This document shows, in pieces, positions 54,517 to 58,160 of a stretch of 58,160 nt of DNA (positions within the stretch are counted from its first letter, which is position 1; every line of letters starts with the position of its first letter). Source of the stretch: a virus (lineage: Duplodnaviria; Caudoviricetes). The stretch covers positions 1 to 58,160 of the IMG/VR virus record IMGVR_UViG_3300032898_000006; one strand, given 5' to 3'. Under the pieces are notes generated by a model, which was given only the letters and a program-made list of their open reading frames with translations, was not told the origin of the DNA and did not search any database. The position numbers were made by a program, and so were the translations under genes.

Positions 54517-55329
54517 CTAGGCGGTCATGCGCTCGGCCCGCGCGGCTGCACGCTTGTCCCTGCGAACCTTGTTGCTGTAATCGTTGCGGCACATGCCCTT
54601 GACTTCCGCTTCGGCCTTGCAGCCGGCCGCAGAGCAGATGCTCCCGTCTCGGTTGCGGCGCAGGACGGGAGCGGCCATCAACTCGAGGGCGAGCTCGTAC
54701 TTCCGGTCTAGGCAGACCGTCGACCCGTCGTAGAGCACGCGGACGAGGGCCTGAGGCGCCGCGAGGCCGCCGACGGTCCAGGACCAGATCTTGGCCTTGG
54801 GGTACTTATCAGCGGCCGACCCGCATGCCGCCGACGCCCAGACCCTGAATGCTTCCACGACAGGCTCACTGCCCAGGAACCGCAGGTGCCACTTGTTTCG
54901 CGGGCCGGGGTGCTTAACGATCGTGCCGTCGCCGTCGACCATGCCCCGCCAGTAATGGCGCATCAGGTGATCGGGGCCGTCCCAGGGCGTCGCGGTCAGG
55001 GACTTCCGCGGCGTCACGCCGAGACGGATAAGCGATTCGACAAGGCGCTGGGACGAGAGGGTGATCTCCGCTCCCGCCTGCGCCTCGGTGCGGCCCTTGA
55101 CGGAGAGCACCGGGTTCTCCGCGGACAAGTCGGCCTTCATCTTCTCCAGATGCCCGAAGTCCGAAGCCTGCAGCTTGACGCTCAGCGCATGGCGCTGCCA
55201 GCCGGCCGTCCCGACGGGGCCCGCCCGGACGCACCCGTCCGCGTTGACGAACCCGAGCCAGTACGCCTTCGCCTCGGTGTCGATGACGTCGAAGAATGAA
55301 TCATCCAGCGCGTAGGTACGCTTAGCCAT
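54517..55329 (-). CDS. LAGLIDADG homing endonuclease
   Basis: FFDVIDTEAKAYWLGFVNADG and HYWRGMVDGDG. Confidence 0.92.
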   Translation of the reverse strand: MAKRTYALDDSFFDVIDTEAKAYWLGFVNADGCVRAGPVGTAGWQRHALSVKLQASDFGHLEKMKADLSAENPVLSVKGRTEAQAGAEITLSSQRLVESLIRLGVTPRKSLTATPWDGPDHLMRHYWRGMVDGDGTIVKHPGPRNKWHLRFLGSEPVVEAFRVWASAACGSAADKYPKAKIWSWTVGGLAAPQALVRVLYDGSTVCLDRKYELALELMAAPVLRRNRDGSICSAAGCKAEAEVKGMCRNDYSNKVRRDKRAAARAERMTA

Positions 55330-55407
55330 GTCGGCTCCTGGTCAGATCAGTGAGTCGGTAACCGCTCCGGCGGTGCCTGGCAGCGCCGTCGGAGCACTTC
55401 GAACATT

Positions 55408-55878
55408 CTACCGGCTAACGTCCGGCTTAGTGCCGATATCGGCCGGGGAGGAGTCTGCCTTTGCGGCCCTCGAGGAACGGGCGGCCTTGGCGGGGGCCGG
55501 CTTGGGATCCGGCTCCGGGTCGCCGCCTTCCGCGGGGGCCTCGGGAGTCTCGGACGGGGCAGCCGGCGAGGCCGTCTGGCCGAGCTGCGCGGCGGTGAGC
55601 ATCGCCATCAGCTCCGTCACCTTACGGGTCAGGGCGGCGTTCTCCTCCATCGCGGTCAGCATCGATGCCGGGTCGCGGCGGCGGGCCATCTCCATGCCGT
55701 GGAGCCGGTCGGCGCGCTCCGGCTCGGTCTCCCACAGCTTCCGGCCCTTGACGGCGAAGCCGCCGATCTGGTCGGAGACCTCGTCGGGGAAGTCGTAGCC
55801 GCCGGCCTCGTCCGGGGTGAAGCGGCCGTATTCGGGGTCGACGTGGGCGTCGGCGCCGACCAGGGAGTACAGGCGCAT
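55408..55878 (-). CDS. hypothetical head-region protein
   Basis: RBS GAAGGAGG. Confidence 0.65.
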   Translation of the reverse strand: MRLYSLVGADAHVDPEYGRFTPDEAGGYDFPDEVSDQIGGFAVKGRKLWETEPERADRLHGMEMARRRDPASMLTAMEENAALTRKVTELMAMLTAAQLGQTASPAAPSETPEAPAEGGDPEPDPKPAPAKAARSSRAAKADSSPADIGTKPDVSR

Positions 55879-56074
55879 GGCGCCTCCTTCACTCATGTTC
55901 GTGGGCGAGCGCCCGGGGGCGGAGCAGAAAGCCCCCGGACACTCGCACGGTAAAACTTCCAATGCCATTCCACAGTGAATTGGAGCGCGACCGAAGCGTC
56001 TCCGAACGTTCCGGAGAAGCTATTTATCCGCGACAATTCATTAGAGTTATGAAATGGCGTTTACGCAGGTCAGG

Positions 56075-57565
56075 CTAGCTGACATTGGAAAGGACGGCCA
56101 TGGCCACAGGGGCTCGGTTGCAAAAACTCGAGACGCTTCTGATTTCGAATTCACGACGCGGCCCCCCGCCCTTTGTCCCGGCGACTCGCGCAATTCCGTA
56201 ATCGAACTGCGCGGTGTCGCGGAGGCAGCGCTGGGCGAGGACGTTCGAGATGTTGGCCTGCGGGAAGGGAACCCTGTCCGTCCGGCCGATGATGGTGCCC
56301 GGCGGGAGCGAGACGTGGACCTCGATCGGGACGGTGACGCCTCCGGCGGGGGCGTTGACGATCTCGCCGATCCGGCCGCCCGCGGTGACCGAAACACGGC
56401 CGCTCGCGTCGGTGTTCAGGAAGGTCGTCGCGGATCCGCTGGCCAGGATCAGGTTGGCGATCTCCTGCGCCTGCGCGGCGTTGACCATGAGGGCCGTGGG
56501 GCTGCACTTCACCGAGTTCCACAGCGGCAGGAAGATGTCCTGCTCGATCTCGGTGATCGTGCCGCCCGTCAGGGTCAGGGCCGCGCCGTTGAGGGAGGTC
56601 CACTGGCTGGGGTTGGCGGTGCCGGTGCCGGGCTGGACCCACTGGCCGGTCGAGGAGTAGTCGCCGGAGAGGGAGGCGAGGAACCCGTCGTAGTCGTTCG
56701 CGTTCGCCGAGCCGTTGTCCGCCGACGCGTTGTACGTCGGGACCCCGGCGGACCCCTTCCAGTTCTGGGAGATGTCCACGATGTTCGGCAGCGCCTGGTT
56801 GGTCGTGATGACCTTCGTCATCGTGACCGCGTTGACCGTGGTCGTCGTGTAGTAGTACCAGGTCGTGCCGTTCGCGCTCTGGAACCAGTCGTAGCAGACG
56901 GCGCCGCGGATGGCGGTGACGGTGCCGGTGACGGTGTTGGTGGAGGTGCTGGCGCCGGTCTCGGTGCTGTTGCTGTTGCCCTGCGAGTTGCCGGAGCCGT
57001 AGTAGAACCCGGAGCCCGTCCTGGCCGCCACCCCGATGTAGACGGTGGTGTTCAGGGCGATCGTGCCGCCAGTGGTGGCGGTGGTCATCGACGGGGCGGA
57101 CGCGGCGGCGAGCGGGAAGCTTTGCGCGCCGAGCTGCTTGCGGTCGTCGCCGATCAGCACCTGGTTCAACGTTTGAAAAGTTGCAATAGCGTACGGATCT
57201 GCGTATCCCGTCGCAAAATCAAACGCATCCTGAGTTACCAGGCCGGCATAGCCGGTTGACGCGTACCGCGCCTGGAAGTCCTGCTCGTCGAACGTCGCCT
57301 CGTTCGCGGCGAAGTCGATCCCCATCGAGGGGTCGAGCTGGTTGGAGTTGACGTTGAGGAGCGCCCTCCACACAGCCCACGGGTTCCCGTCGGGAGCCTT
57401 CTCACGTGCGACGATGTCACGGAACGGCGTGACGACGGGGATCAGGGACACGAGGCTGGACAGGTCGTAGGACCAGATGCCCGTGCTCTCGAAGATGCCG
57501 CTCGTCTGCGCCTTGGCAATGGCGGCGATGGTCTCGTCGGAGACGTTCTGCATTGGTGCGGTCAT
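56075..57565 (-). CDS. major capsid protein (with inserted Thr-rich Ig-like domain)
   Basis: Downstream of scaffold, strong RBS AAAGGAGG; LIPVVTPFRD..R, SPTALMVN, VH..LPPGTI. Confidence 0.7.
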   Translation of the reverse strand: MTAPMQNVSDETIAAIAKAQTSGIFESTGIWSYDLSSLVSLIPVVTPFRDIVAREKAPDGNPWAVWRALLNVNSNQLDPSMGIDFAANEATFDEQDFQARYASTGYAGLVTQDAFDFATGYADPYAIATFQTLNQVLIGDDRKQLGAQSFPLAAASAPSMTTATTGGTIALNTTVYIGVAARTGSGFYYGSGNSQGNSNSTETGASTSTNTVTGTVTAIRGAVCYDWFQSANGTTWYYYTTTTVNAVTMTKVITTNQALPNIVDISQNWKGSAGVPTYNASADNGSANANDYDGFLASLSGDYSSTGQWVQPGTGTANPSQWTSLNGAALTLTGGTITEIEQDIFLPLWNSVKCSPTALMVNAAQAQEIANLILASGSATTFLNTDASGRVSVTAGGRIGEIVNAPAGGVTVPIEVHVSLPPGTIIGRTDRVPFPQANISNVLAQRCLRDTAQFDYGIARVAGTKGGGPRREFEIRSVSSFCNRAPVAMAVLSNVS

Positions 57566-57589
57566 CGCTTGCCTCCTTTCTGGGGGCAC

Positions 57590-57625
57590 GCAAAAGCCCT
57601 CGCGGCTGGTGCCTGCGAGGGCTTC
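57590..57625 (-). terminator. hairpin plus U-tract between scaffold and capsid
   Basis: GAAGCCCTCGC...GCGAGGGCTTTT on - strand. Confidence 0.55.
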
Positions 57626-57665
57626 GGGTGTTGCTTGCTGTTGGGTTGGCGGCTTCCGCCGGGGC

Positions 57666-58160
57666 TTACGCCCGGAGCGGGGCCGGCTCGGGCCGGGACG
57701 CGTGGATGGCGGTCAGCGCGGCGATCGCGTCGCCCTGAAGGCCCTTGGCGATCTCGTTCTGCGAGCCGGCGTCGGGGGCCGCGTACATCTCCCGCTTGCG
57801 CGCGAGCGCCTTGGAGACGTCGACCTGCCCGCTCGCCCTGCCCTGGTCCTGTCCGCGGAGCTGCTCCGCCGGGGGGACCTGCCCGTTGGTGAACACCTTC
57901 GGCGCCGCGGGCGTGTTCTCCACCGTCTCCAGGCGCTTCGCGACCGTCTCGAGCTTCTCCGCCAGCTCACCGTTGTCAGCCGCCATCTTGGCGACGACCT
58001 CCTGGTGGGCGGCGCTCTGCTCCTCGAGGGCGGTGCGCGCTGCGTCCCGGGCGATGCTCTTGAGCACGTCCTGCGTCACTGTGATCACGTTGTCGTCCGC
58101 GGCCTTGCCGACGGCGTCGGCGGGGGTGCCGGCGTCGGCGGGGGGCTGCGGGGTCATGTC
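57666..58160 (-). CDS. scaffold/prohead protease C-terminus (partial)
   Basis: Coiled coil KRLETVENTPAAPK upstream of capsid; runs off the window. Confidence 0.55.
   Translation of the reverse strand, partial: DMTPQPPADAGTPADAVGKAADDNVITVTQDVLKSIARDAARTALEEQSAAHQEVVAKMAADNGELAEKLETVAKRLETVENTPAAPKVFTNGQVPPAEQLRGQDQGRASGQVDVSKALARKREMYAAPDAGSQNEIAKGLQGDAIAALTAIHASRPEPAPLRA

Noticed and set aside
54388-55407. Group I intron or intein around the LAGLIDADG gene
   Set aside because: The gene has its own RBS and start, flanking genes look complete, and no splicing motifs were recognised

Overview
High-GC temperate actinobacteriophage (siphovirus-like) genome segment. BldC, DUF397 and DUF6221 homologs suggest a filamentous actinomycete host (inference). 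1-13.3 kb is a dense + strand array of small early or accessory genes: MmcB-like nuclease, HicA-like, AlpA, LuxR, ASCH, RHH, RtcB and many Cys-rich proteins. 13.3-17.3 kb holds a GIY-YIG gene, an apparently intact attP, a tyrosine integrase with an internal LacI-type HTH, and repressor/Cro/Xis. 17.3-21.5 kb is a GH12 + Egghead-like GT2 + GH26 glycan cassette followed by a near-canonical BldC. At 23.0-25.1 kb a tandem array of four Y-RNA-like ncRNAs sits directly upstream of a Ro60/TROVE gene; two of them are circularly permuted tRNA mimics that retain Pro(UGG) and Asp(GUC) anticodon loops. 25.9-58.1 kb (- strand) is the virion and lysis arm, from scaffold and capsid through tail, tape measure and minor tails to a lysis region with a miniature K+ channel and a VIT1-like gene, then tail spike, repeat fibre and papain-like peptidase. 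This arm is interrupted by free-standing homing endonucleases and antisense moron genes. All calls come from motif recognition by eye; no database searches were run.
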